From: Takakia lepidozioides
Taxonomy: Eukaryota > Plantae > Bryophyta
DNA: 64,000 nucleotides
NCBI GenBank assembly: GCA_030704615.1
Contig: CM060731.1
Span: 34,968,001 to 35,032,000 of the forward strand
Direction of reading: 5' to 3'
The position numbers and the translations under genes were made by a program. This document shows, piece by piece, positions 1 through 10,861 of this stretch (positions are counted from its first letter, which is position 1; each line of letters begins with the position of its first letter). Below the pieces are notes generated by a model that worked only from the letters and a program-made list of their open reading frames with translations, was not told the DNA's origin and ran no database searches.

Positions 1-1148
1 ATTATGACAATGTAATCACCGTGGCAAAAACAACTGAAGGCCCTCATGAAACGTGAATGGTCCAAATTATACGCATCCTTATGGCCATGAGTCCTCTCAA
101 ATCGCTTGAAGTCCATCCAGAACCTAATCAGACTGTCATCCCTAAACTTTGCAATGCTGACCCAGGGAAGATCAGGATTGAGATGATCCAATAGATAGAC
201 GTTTATACAATGTTCCTCGTCTTGAAATTCTATCTCCATAGAATGATCCTCTTCATGGAACTGTATCTCCACCTTCACTAGGTGACCTCTGTAGTTTCCC
301 AGCATCGGATAGACCGAACTATCCTTCAAGTCTGTAGCGTCATACACCATCTGCCATGACCCAGTTTCTGTATTGAATGACAGCAACTTATCAACACGAG
401 TATCGAGGACATATAAGATTTGTCCACATACCGCACTGATGTCATCGATGAAGTACCTCCTCTGCCATGATTCTCTTTCAAAGTCGACGAGGTAGTGTCT
501 GCCCATCCAAGACTCCCCTTCTGCGTCAGTAGGGCCAAGAAAAACCTCCCAATCGCGTGTCTGCGAGTGGTAAATCTGGGTTCTGTAACCGTCTTGATCG
601 CAGCAAAGGCATGTGCGTTGATATTGTCCCACAACGATAAACTTGTAAGACTTTGTTGCCTCATTAAACAATAGTGCATGCGTTTCTCCGAGCATTTTGG
701 GTACATTTGCTTGGGCGTCTGCACAAAACGGAGTGGATTCAGGATTCGGCGTCCACTCTGAAACCGGTAGTTTTGTGATTTTTTGGCTTAATGGATTAAC
801 CACCCAATAGTGGGAGGGAAATTGTTTGGTTGTGTAACAGATGAGGCCTCCACCCGTTGCCACTGGGGTCACTGCCACAGCATCCAGGCCCATAGCGTCC
901 AAGTTGGGCATGGTGCCCCACTCCCTGGAGACAAGATTGAGACTGCACCCTCGCCGTTGGTTGGCTTTCACAGGCAGAACCAGGCAGAATACATCTAAAC
1001 CGCAGTTCTTGAAGTCAACTGCATCCTGTTCAGACCCTTTGAATGCTTTGCATGTGGGGAAAGTTTTACAGACATGTTGCAGGGGCCACCCGATCATACA
1101 CGCCTGCAGATTCCTAGCGATGTCGGCGGAAAGGTGCAGTTCCTCCAT
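1..1148 (-). CDS. Divergent F-box protein with FBA/kelch-like C-terminal region (runs off window start, >=382 aa)
   Basis: Hand translation gives an open frame from ATG 1148 to the window edge: MEELHLSADIARNLQACMIGWPLQHVCKTFPTCKAFK (degenerate F-box) ... VATGGGLICY..HYWVVNPLSQKITKLP ... YKFIVVG ... TQIYHSQTRDW ... LLSFNTETGSWQ. A 3' splice acceptor (ttctctgcag) lies just upstream. Absent from the ORF track because there is no stop in the window. Confidence 0.8.
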   Translation of the reverse strand, partial: MEELHLSADIARNLQACMIGWPLQHVCKTFPTCKAFKGSEQDAVDFKNCGLDVFCLVLPVKANQRRGCSLNLVSREWGTMPNLDAMGLDAVAVTPVATGGGLICYTTKQFPSHYWVVNPLSQKITKLPVSEWTPNPESTPFCADAQANVPKMLGETHALLFNEATKSYKFIVVGQYQRTCLCCDQDGYRTQIYHSQTRDWEVFLGPTDAEGESWMGRHYLVDFERESWQRRYFIDDISAVCGQILYVLDTRVDKLLSFNTETGSWQMVYDATDLKDSSVYPMLGNYRGHLVKVEIQFHEEDHSMEIEFQDEEHCINVYLLDHLNPDLPWVSIAKFRDDSLIRFWMDFKRFERTHGHKDAYNLDHSRFMRAFSCFCHGDYIVI

Positions 1149-3231
1149 CTTGGACGTGCGGGGGCTGCAGAGAATTTGCCAATTATTCCTCACACATGGT
1201 TATTCTCAGTGTTCAATGCTCCGTGATCTGGTCGGACTGCTGACAAATGTAATATTCCATCAGCAATGTCTGTGCCATCTATATTTGAGTTCATTTATTT
1301 TGTACAATGATATGTACACAGTCCTGACACACAAGCAACATCAGAATTTGTTTTGCCGACTTGGAGTGGCGTCCGTCTCTATTGTTCTAGGTCCCTCCGT
1401 GCCTCTTAGAGGAGTCTTTTAGAGCTGCTTAGATCCTTGTCTGGCCCTAGGTTTCTCTTCCTACTTCCAGTCACTCTCACTTTTGCCAGGGTTCACTGCT
1501 CGCTGCTCGAAATTAGCGAACCTGAGCTGCTGTCTGTGTTTAAGCTCTTTTGTGTTACCCTATCATCATGATGGAAAGCCTGAAGTCACGGCCTCCTATC
1601 ATGGTAAATTTTTTCCATGATTCCTTAATGAGTTATGGGTGTCTGATCCCTTTATAAAAAAAAAGAAAAAAGAAAGAATATGTATGAATGCAGTTCAATA
1701 AATTACTGACCTCATATTTTGGTTCTCAATACCTCCGTTTTGAAAAGTTGATGCTCCCATCTCCATTGCCGCAGAAACACACCCTATGTACAGAAAGATG
1801 AGGTTAGTTGTAATGAGGTTGTAATATTTCCAGAGAGCATTTTGAGGAGCATTTACGAACAGCGACAATATTTTGACACTGTCTACATGAACACCTTCCT
1901 TAATAGAGTGAATGAATATGTGGTCCAATGCACCTCTGTAGCGAGAAATTCATACGTACAATGGTACAATGGATCTCTAAATGAATATAATGTATACAAG
2001 AAGTTCAAGAGAACTAAATCAGAAGGCAGAGCAGTTGACTAGCCAAGCAATCAGCGATCTGGAAAAGTGCTTACCAACTGGTAGAAAATCAGATCGCAGA
2101 CGGAAAGTGATGAGAAAGTGATCCGGGAGAGACGAAGCCAAGGGCCAAGAGTGCTGATCTAGTTGGGAAGTTTAGACGTAGACGGGTTATGATCAGCCAC
2201 AATTGACCAGACGAAGTCTAAACTTGCTTGCTTGCCTGCAGAATAAACACATTCGTTAGGAGCAATAGAAACATAGAGAATGAATACATATGTTATGGAA
2301 TTCAACCGACAATTAATACCCTGAGAAATCAGAACGAAGATGGCAGACTTGCACTATGCTTGAATCGAGGGGAAAAACCCCGCCAAGGAGAAAAATAAAG
2401 ACTCTGGACTATGCGTCGAGTACTGACTGGCCAGCCGAAAAAGCCTTACCAGGAGAATCAGATCGAAGAAGCAAAGTGGCCAATTGGGAGGCCTCCTAAT
2501 CAGACCTCCCAGGGATGATCAACGTTGCGGAAGAAGAACGAAACTGGATCAACGTTGAGAAGAACAAGCACGAAGAGTTGGGACTAGACTCGATGAGCGA
2601 TTTAAGAAGCCTAAGCGCTCACAGTTGATGCCTAATCTCGTGCCTAATTTGCACAGCAATCAGTGAACACTTGATGCTGAATTTGCAAAGATATCAGCGG
2701 AGTTGGCACCCAGAAGCAGACAACTTCAATTAGGTAGAAGCGATGAGAAGCCTAGGCCTGCGAAATTGATGCAATGTGGGGCAACGATTAGTAACAGCAA
2801 CAGCGTTCACAAGCCTAAGCACGCAAAGTGATGTGATCTGCGGAGCCTTTGCAGGAAAACCGAAGTCTATCGAATGAGGGAAAGGCCACGGTTTGCGTTG
2901 AGCACCCAGACTATTGAGAGCTTGCAAGGTGAACGATGGCGGAAACCCCCAAAGCTTACAACAAGCGCAGATCGCAGTTCCCAGCTTATAAAGCCTCACA
3001 CTTGCACCCCTATTTGTATACTCTGCAACTCCGCTGCTTGTGCGGGACTGCTTCACAGAGTTCAGTCTGCACGCGATTAATTAGGCACTGATCGCGCTCA
3101 GTTAAACAATGACCTTACCTGCACTGCCCTAATGCAGAATTTGACACTAGGGTTACTTGCAAATAAATATTGCAACGATCAGTGTGACCACTGGTGTATT
3201 GTGGGTATGGGGGCGTTTGAGCTCACAATCA

Positions 3232-3369
3232 TCACTCCTGCGCACACAATGCCTTCACAACGTCATAACCACCATTTTGACGTAAGTAAAGTTGTGATTG
3301 TTGTTTGGTGGGGGTCGTTATTAGAGCCCGTTTATGGTGGCCTCTAAAACTGTTTATCACTGCACTCAT
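3232..3369 (-). CDS. 45-aa small/upstream ORF MSAVINSFRGHHKRALITTPTKQQSQLYLRQNGGYDVVKALCAQE
   Basis: First ATG after the TATA/CAA-rich leader, followed by a splice donor (gtgcag|gtaagg, ~3120). Frame-conserved paralogue at 29531-29671. Confidence 0.5.
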   Translation of the reverse strand: MSAVINSFRGHHKRALITTPTKQQSQLYLRQNGGYDVVKALCAQE

Positions 3370-3434
3370 ACTCTTTTGTCTCGAAGCAGTTTACTGTTTT
3401 TAGAGCGTAATATTGTAGTGTTGTTTTGTTGATA

Positions 3435-3442
3435 ATATATAA
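3435..3442 (-). promoter_or_regulatory. TATA box of cassette copy 1
   Basis: TTATATAT followed by a CAA-rich leader (atcaacaaaacaacactacaa). Same motif in copy 2 at ~6362-6370. GGCCCA site-II motifs lie upstream. Confidence 0.55.
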
Positions 3443-4550
3443 CGAAGGCGCACACAAGGCACATCCAATCACCGACCCCCTTGCGTGTGTGGAAGTTAAG
3501 TAACGGACAGCGCAGTGTGGGCCCAGTCCAGAGGAGCAATGAGAGCGACATTGATACTTTGAGGCTCTGCCGCAATTTAATAAGTCAGTAAGTACCCGAA
3601 CGTACTTGTGCTATTTTTAATTACAGACTGCGAAGCACCGCCTTTCTGTCTGGGCCCTGCGCATCACAAGGTACTCAACACCAAACTTGGCGCCAGATGA
3701 GCCCTGAAGTGTGGTACATTCCAGAATTTGTACATGGCAGTTGCTGCTCTATCCAGATTCCAACTGTCCTCATCACAGTTTAGCATAGCATACTGTTTCT
3801 TTTTATTCTATTATTTTTTATTTCTAAATATAAACCAGAAGAGACATGTACTGAAGGGAGGCAGGAGCAGTTCCTTTGAGATGATAAGGTCACGGCCCCA
3901 CCAAAAGTTGGTTCCTGGACACATGGCCTCATAAATCAGGCATTCCTACATCCCTGCAGTCAGACTCCCATTGGCTCCTCCGTTTCTCTCCTTTTTTCTT
4001 AACATTCACAAATAACCACAGCCAAGATTTTGGACCCATAAGGCTTAATTTATTGGTGTCTCGTGGTGACATTTCTATGAAGTTTTGGCTATTTTCTCCC
4101 AACCAAGTCGATCTAAGTATCTTCCCATTGTCGCGACAACCAAGTTGTAGCCCAGTCGGAATGGGTAACCTAAGTCGACCGAAGGGCAGTGCCGCTGACC
4201 ATACGACCATACCGTACAACTTTCCATAATTGCCACTTGGCAAACAATTATTTGACAGATGCCCCCAAAACATTGTGATTGGTTGTAGGGCTCAGGGTGC
4301 ACACAAGCATCTGATTGGTTTGACTTTCATACCTACAACTTTGTGTAATAATGAGGTCAAATACATCCAAGTGTGTGGGTTGGCCCATACGTGGAATACC
4401 TTTCCAATTTTACCCGGGTAGAAATGACAAAAATTCACTATTGGATTTTTCACCATCGTTATCATTGGCCAACATACCAAAGCCCTTGCAGGTCACACCA
4501 GAATTTACGCTTCCTTTTACACATTATTTCAATCTCCTAATTTTTCACAC

Positions 4551-4782
4551 CGGCTGGTATCTCAGCTGGTAAGTGCACAAAGTGTTGCCCTGGTGGTTCA
4601 GGGTTCGAACCTGCTGCCCTGCCTGGTTTGTGGATTGCTCACGACCGGGTGGTCTGGTGGTGATGTTTCCCACCTGTGTGCCTAATGGCTTCTCTGAAAG
4701 GGGGTTAATTTTTTCCCCTCCTCAAGGGCCTGAAGTGTGAGCAGTCCCTCCCAGATTTTTTTTTTTGTTTTTTTTTGTTTTT
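4551..4782 (+). mobile_element. tRNA-derived SINE
   Basis: A-box-like tatctcagctggt, B box ggttcgaacc, T-rich tail. Shares the 3' body ttcccctcctcaagggcctgaa with the element at 49975-50304. Confidence 0.75.
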
Positions 4783-5139
4783 TGAAAGGGACTGAGGCCC
4801 TGCTTGAACAAATTTTCCCCTTTTAAAATTTAAAAATAATAATAATAATTACTATTCTTTTTTTCCCAATTATTACTACTCTCTACATTTAAGAAAAAGT
4901 AGAAACAGAGCACAGACAGAGAGGGACAGACTCGGCCCTACTATTTTCTTTTCTTTTTCCTGTTTAAAATTCAAAACAAAACTCACAAATCAGCCGCCCC
5001 CCCTTTTTTGTGGGGTGTTGGGAGGGAGGGAGGGAGGGAGGGGGGCGGGGGGGGGCAAGAGCCCTCATAATCAAATTAGAGGGGAACATGGAAAAAATAA
5101 CCTTGTGGGGGCCATGAAGGCAATACATCTGGGATTTAG

Positions 5140-5292
5140 TGAGAGTAGAAAATAACCTCTTTCAATTTTACCTTGCCATTAGGCGCTGACCACAAGCCCA
5201 AGAAGATTACACCACACCCAACAATGTGGCAGGATTTTGAACCCAGAGTCACCTGAGTGGTACTAGTCAACTGCCAACTGAGCTACTGGTGG
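5140..5292 (-). mobile_element. tRNA-derived SINE (degenerate)
   Basis: Minus strand reads cagtagctcagttggc (A box) ... gggttcaaaatcc (B box). 3' end is approximate. Confidence 0.6.
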
Positions 5293-5999
5293 TTACACTC
5301 TTAATTACACTTACTTTAGCAGAGCAATGCTGTCATTATTATTATTATTATTTTATTAATACTTAAGAACTAGTGATATTCAAACTTGGCACAAATATAC
5401 ATTATAAAAGTCAGGGGAAAAAAATTAATCCCTTTCATACAAAACACTGGCCTGGTGGCCTTAAGGCCACCACAGAAGCTGTTTTTCTTCAGTGTACAGT
5501 GTACAGGCACCCATCTTTGTTGTACTGGGGTCTGCATGGGCGTAATTAACAAAATTGGGTACCAATAATTCAGGTTCAACTTGATGTAGGGTGGCAGCCT
5601 TGTGGTGATGGGGATTGCAAATAAAAACTTTTGCAGGCCAACTAAATATCAAAGTCGTCCTCTCTGACGCCACTAAGTTAGACCCACTTGCCACCTCCAA
5701 CACATATTTACATATTTACATTTGTCATTTGGGCCATACTGTGGATTGATGTATGCTCACCATCCTTCCACCCTCCATCAACCGTCCTCCATCATCGTGA
5801 TACTTAAAAAATAAATTTTTTTTTCGTGACCCTTTGGATTTCAATTGCAAGTTTCTACACATAAAGAAACCACCTTTTTGTGGTCAATAAGGTTATGAGT
5901 TAGACAGCCACTCTACATTCAACTTACATTAAGCAATCATAATGGAATGTTTCCGTAATGATAAGCCACCTCAGTTGAATTATTTTACCAAGAGACATA

Positions 6000-8900
6000 A
6001 AAAATAACTACATAAAACAGTATGCTTAGTGCTATGCTAAACTGTGAAGAAAAGTTGGAGACAGCAGCAGCTGCCACGTAAGCGATTCGTGGTTCAAATT
6101 CTGGAATGTACCACACTTCAGGGCTCATCTGGCGCCAAGTTTGGTGTTGAGTACCTTGTGATGCGCAGGGCCCAGACAGAAGGGCGGTGCTTCGCAGTCT
6201 GCATTTAAAAATAGCACAAGTACGTTCGGGTACTTACTGACTTATTAAATTGCGGCAGAGCCTCGAAGTATCAATGTCGCTCTCATTGCTCCTCTGGACT
6301 GGGCCCACACTGCGCTGTCCGTTACTTACACGGGCAGGGGTTGGAACTTGGGTGCGCCTTCCTTATATATTATCAACAAAACAACACTACAACATTACGA
6401 AACAGTAAACTGCTTCGAGACAAAAGAGTATGAGTGCAGTGATAAACAGTTTTACAGGCCACAATAAACGGGCTCTAATAACGACCCACCAAACAACAAT
6501 CACAACTTTACTTGCGTCAAAATAGTGGTTATGACGTCGTGTGTGCGCATGAGTGATGATTGTGAGCTCAAACCCCCCATACCCACAAGACTGCAATGTT
6601 TATTTGCAAGTAAAACCCAAGTGTTAAACTCTACATTGGGCAGTGCCTTAATAATTGCGTGCAGACCGATCTCTGTGAAGCAGTCCCGCACAAGCAGCGG
6701 AGTTGCAGACTCCCGAGTATACAAATATAGGGGTGCAAGTGTGATGGGCAAGCAGGCTTTGTAAGCTGGGGACTGCGATCTGCGATTGTTGTAAGCTTTG
6801 GGGTTTTCCGCCGTCGTTCACCTTGCAAGCTGCAAGCTCTCAGCAGTCTCGCTGCTCAAAGCAAACCGTGGCTTTTCCCTCATTCGATCGGCTTCGGTTT
6901 TCCGGCAAAGGCTCCACAGATCACATCATTTTGCTTGCTTAGGCTTGTGAACGCCGTTACTAATATTGCATCAATTTCGCAGGCCGAGGGTTCTCATCGC
7001 TTCTAACCAATTCCAGTTGTCTCCTTATCGGTGCGAACTCCGCTGATCTCATTGCAAATTCAGCATCAACTGCTCGCTGAATGCTGTGCACGCCAACACG
7101 GCATCAACTGTGAGCGCTTAGGCTTCTTAAAACCCTCATCGAGTCTAGTCCCAACTCTTCGTGCTTGTTCTTCTCGACGTTGATCCAGTGACGTTCTTCT
7201 TCCCGATCGCTGACCACGTTGCTTCTTCGATCTGCTTCTTCGATCCGATTCTCCTGGTAAGGCCTTTTCGGCTGGCCAATCACTCGATGCAGAGTCCGAG
7301 TCTTTGATTTTCTCCTTGGTGGGGGTTTTACCCCTCGATTCAAAGCTTAGTGCAAGTCTGCCATCTTCGTTCGAAAAGTTTCTAGATGTGTTTTATCTGC
7401 AGGCAAGCAAGTTTAGGCGTAGTCGGGGCAATTGTGGCTGAACATAATCCTCTCTTACACTATAGACACGAACACCTTCCTTAATAGAGCACTTCAATGA
7501 ATAGATGGAATGCACCTCTATCGAAAGGAAATCAAATAAATCCTTGTGTACAATCCATGAATATGTACAATGGACGTAATGAATGGATCCAATGAGTTCA
7601 ATGTATACAAGAAATCAAAGAGAGCGAAATCATAATGAGGGCCAGTTGACTAGCGAAACAATCAGTACATGTCAAGAAAGTGCTTACCAAGTGGTAGTGT
7701 AAGAAGATGTTACTGTTCTTGTGAGCAAGAAGCGTTATTTATATGTTCAAACGATAGTCATACTCTTCAGAGTAAATGCATTCTGAAAGTATTACAAATA
7801 ACCTCATCTCTTCCTGAAGACATTGTGTTTATGCATCAATAGAGTCGGGATCATCAACTTGTCAAAATGGAGTTCTTTAGAACCAACATGTGAGGTCAGT
7901 ATTGAGCTGTATTCATACATATTCTTCTACAACATTTATTTTTTTCTCAATTAGAGGAGACAGAGGCCATGTAACTGAATCATGGACAATTTTACTATGA
8001 TATGAGGCCATGAAGGCTTTTTACATCATCATGATAGGGTAACCCCCCAGAACAGAGCATCTAAGGAAAGCTTAAACACAGTCAGCAGCTCACGTTCGCT
8101 GACTTGCAGCAGTTAGCCACGAACCCTGTCAAAAGTAAGAGTGGCTCGAAGTAAGAAGAGGAGGAACCTAGGGCCAGACAAGGATCTAAGCAGCTCTAAC
8201 AGGCACGGAGGGACCTAGAACAATAGAGAGGAAGTCTAGCAAGCTACGCCACTCCAAGTCGAGGCGGAAAAACAAATTATAATCTTGCTGGCGTGTCAGG
8301 ACTGTGTACATATATATTGTACAAAATAAATGAACTCAAAATATAGAAGGCACAAACACTGCTGATAGAATATTACAACTGTCAGCAGTCCGACCAGATC
8401 ACGGAGCATTGAACACTGAGAATAACCATGTGTGAGGAATAATTGGCAAATTCTCTGCAGCCCCCGCACGTCCAAGAAAGAGGAACTGCACCTCTCCGCA
8501 GACATAGACCAGTAATCTGCAGGCGTGTATGATCGGGTAGCCGCTCCAACATGTCTTTAAGGTTTTCCCCACATGCAAAGCATTCAAAGGGACTGAACAG
8601 GATGCAGTCGACTTCAAGAAATGTGGTTTGGATTCTTGTGGTTTGGAAACCACATCATATTTCTTGAAGACGTCTGCATCCTGTGTTCAAACCTTGGATG
8701 TATTCGCCCTTGTTCTACCTGTGAAAGCCAACCAACGGTGCCGTCTCAATCTTGTCTCCAAGGAGGAGCACCATGCCCAAGTTCCTGGATTGCTGTGGCA
8801 GTGACTCCAGTGGCAACGGGTGGAGGCCTGATCTGTTACACAACCAAACAATTTCCCACTCAGTATTGGATAGTCAGTGGATCAAGGACCCATCCCTGGG

Positions 8901-9617
8901 TCAGCATGACCAACGGATTATCCAATACTGGGAGGGAAGCTGTTTGTCAGCATGGACGGACATGTTTCAACATGTGGGATCTCTCTCTATAGTCCGATTC
9001 CGGAGACTAAGATGGAGAGAGAGCTCTTAGGGTGGCGATGACGAAGACAGCTTTGGTGGCGAGGATATGACAAGGGTATCCAGGGAGATCTCACAGAGGA
9101 AATCTGAAAGACAACAACATTGAGGGAGACAAGAAGGATGGTGAGGAAGGCGTGATGAAAGTAAAAAAGAGGAAGATGAAGAAAATGCTACAGGGAAACT
9201 TGACGAAAGTGGTGACTTCGAGGAAGTAAGAGGTTCCGTCTTCACGACTTGTTACACCACCATCGATCCAACCTAGCAGATACCCTCTACTCGTCCTCTT
9301 GTCTTCGTCTTCGTCACTTTCATCTCAGCAGGATTGTGGACAGAAGAAGAGATGGAGCAAGCTGAGGAGAGGAAGTGTGCAGAGTAGAGAGTAGCGACAA
9401 GCGAAAGCTCTGAAGTGTGCAAACGCGGTGTGTGTGCAGCAGGCTCGAGGGCTTTTTAAAGGTGGCGAGGAGCCTGCATGTTGATCATGCTCAATGCCAC
9501 CATGCCATGTCATGCATGCATGTCACTTGTGTCTTGTTGTAGACGTTTTACTGTCGTCGGTAAAACGTCGTTTTACTGTTGGAGACGTTTTGCGCCGCGG
9601 GCCCACTCTACTTCTAG
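6000..9617 (+). pseudogene. Cassette copy 2: F-box pseudogene with leader and terminal segment
   Basis: F-box ATG replaced by AAA (8477-8479), indels present, homology to the ORF stops at ~8875, small ORF frameshifted by a 2-bp deletion. Terminal 9280-9617 segment is homologous to 32380-32561. Confidence 0.85.
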
Positions 9618-9703
9618 GTGTTTTCATTTTCTTAAAGGGAGAATAAACTAAATGACTGAGCCAATTGAAACCAAACTCTGCATGAACAACCAACAGTCAG
9701 TAG

Positions 9704-9988
9704 CAGTGTTTTTTCTCTGGAATTTGAAAAAAAGCGCGAGTGGCTACAGAGTTTGACAGAAAATAGCCATACATTCTGTTCATCCATTGAAATTAGGACA
9801 GAATCATCCATTTCCGTACATAAATCCATTTATATCATCCATATCTGGCGAATTCATCCATAATTTATTTTTCATTTGGAGAAATTTGGCGATTTCATCC
9901 ATGAAAAAACAGGGAATTTGCGACAGAATATTCCTTTGTTTTTTCTGAGGTCGAAATTTGGCGAAAATTCGGCAGCAAAAAAACGCTG
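9704..9988. mobile_element. hAT-type MITE (285 bp)
   Basis: TIRs CAGTGTTTTTT / AAAAAACGCTG, perfect 8-bp TSD GTCAGTAG (9696-9703 and 9989-9996), internal catccat and tggcga repeats. Confidence 0.85.
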
Positions 9989-10195
9989 GTCAGTAGCTCA
10001 GTTGGATAGTGCACTGAGTGCCACCCATGATGGCTGTGGTATGTTCTTCTCCCCCTTCCCTTTGGCGGTGCCCCCATGCGAAAGCCTTCACGGCGAGGTT
10101 ACTGTGAAAGGGGTTATTTTAAGGGGCTGGCAGATTTGTGACTCAGTTCCCAGCCTGTATTTCCCTTAGAAAAAATTTAAAATTTAAAAAAGAAA
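9989..10195 (+). mobile_element. tRNA-derived SINE whose 5' head is the MITE target site
   Basis: gtcagtagctcagttggatagtgcac A-box head resembling the 50304 element; A-rich tail; B box lost. Confidence 0.55.
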
Positions 10196-10861
10196 ACTAC
10201 ATGAACAGCAACATGCCTCATGCTGAATACCTGTCAAGCCACCCTCTGTACACAGGCGTCAAACCAGTCTATTTCACATGAGAATGTGAACACGAGAGAG
10301 AGAGAGAGAGTCGTGGAGAGCAAGAAGCATGTGCACAGCTTGTGTCCGTGCCAGTCTCAGCTTTGATCTGTTACTGCGGTGATGGGGTCGTACAAAGGTT
10401 ACATTGGTTGTGGAAGGGAAGCTGGCCAAGAGAGAGCCTTAGAAAGAAACACATCGTAACAACAGAAACCATACAGTCCTACTGCCTTGTTTTGATGTTT
10501 TTTGATGCACTTCATTACACTGGACACTGGGGACTTGTGCTGGTCTGTTGGAGAGAGCCATGATCATGCAGACAAACTTTGAGTTTCACACAATAAAGAG
10601 GCTGCGATGCATTTTTGTACCACTGGTTCGCTTTCCTTGCAACCACCTCTGATTGTGAGTGAGTACCATGACTCACTGCAACACATTATTCCATCTCCAG
10701 GAGAAATTCAATCAGAATCAATGCACACACAGCTTTTATTGGCTGCTTTCTAGCCAATGATATCGCAAGCTAAGTGGCCATGATAAGTTGGCACACAGCA
10801 TGAAAACCATGGAACATATCGGAAGAATCCACACTTGAATCTGTGCACGAAACAAAGATAA

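Larger units (their letters stand above)
800..8875. repeat. Large head-to-head inverted duplication: arms ~800-3820 and ~6000-8875, spacer ~2.2 kb
   Basis: Reverse-complement matches: 3500-3730 vs 6096-6330 (near identical), 2180-3130 vs 6640-7445, 800-1560 vs 8040-8870. Confidence 0.95.

Noticed and set aside
326-1422. ORF-track calls 326-724(-), 810-998(+) and 841-1422(+)
   Set aside because: Off-frame or antisense shadows of the real F-box ORF at 1-1148(-).
2300-3100. Possible second, opposite-strand gene inside the cassette (e.g. NVEKNKHEELGLDSM, EAMR)
   Set aside because: Multiple stops and inconsistent frames among the three copies, and no recognisable domain. Similar peptides follow simply from DNA homology.
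3380-3432. CAA-rich leader resembling the TMV omega enhancer, suggesting viral origin
   Set aside because: Low-complexity resemblance only; no viral genes, and the cargo is a plant-type F-box.
4551-4625. tRNA gene
   Set aside because: A/B boxes are present but there is no clean cloverleaf, and it continues into a shared repeat body, so it is a SINE.
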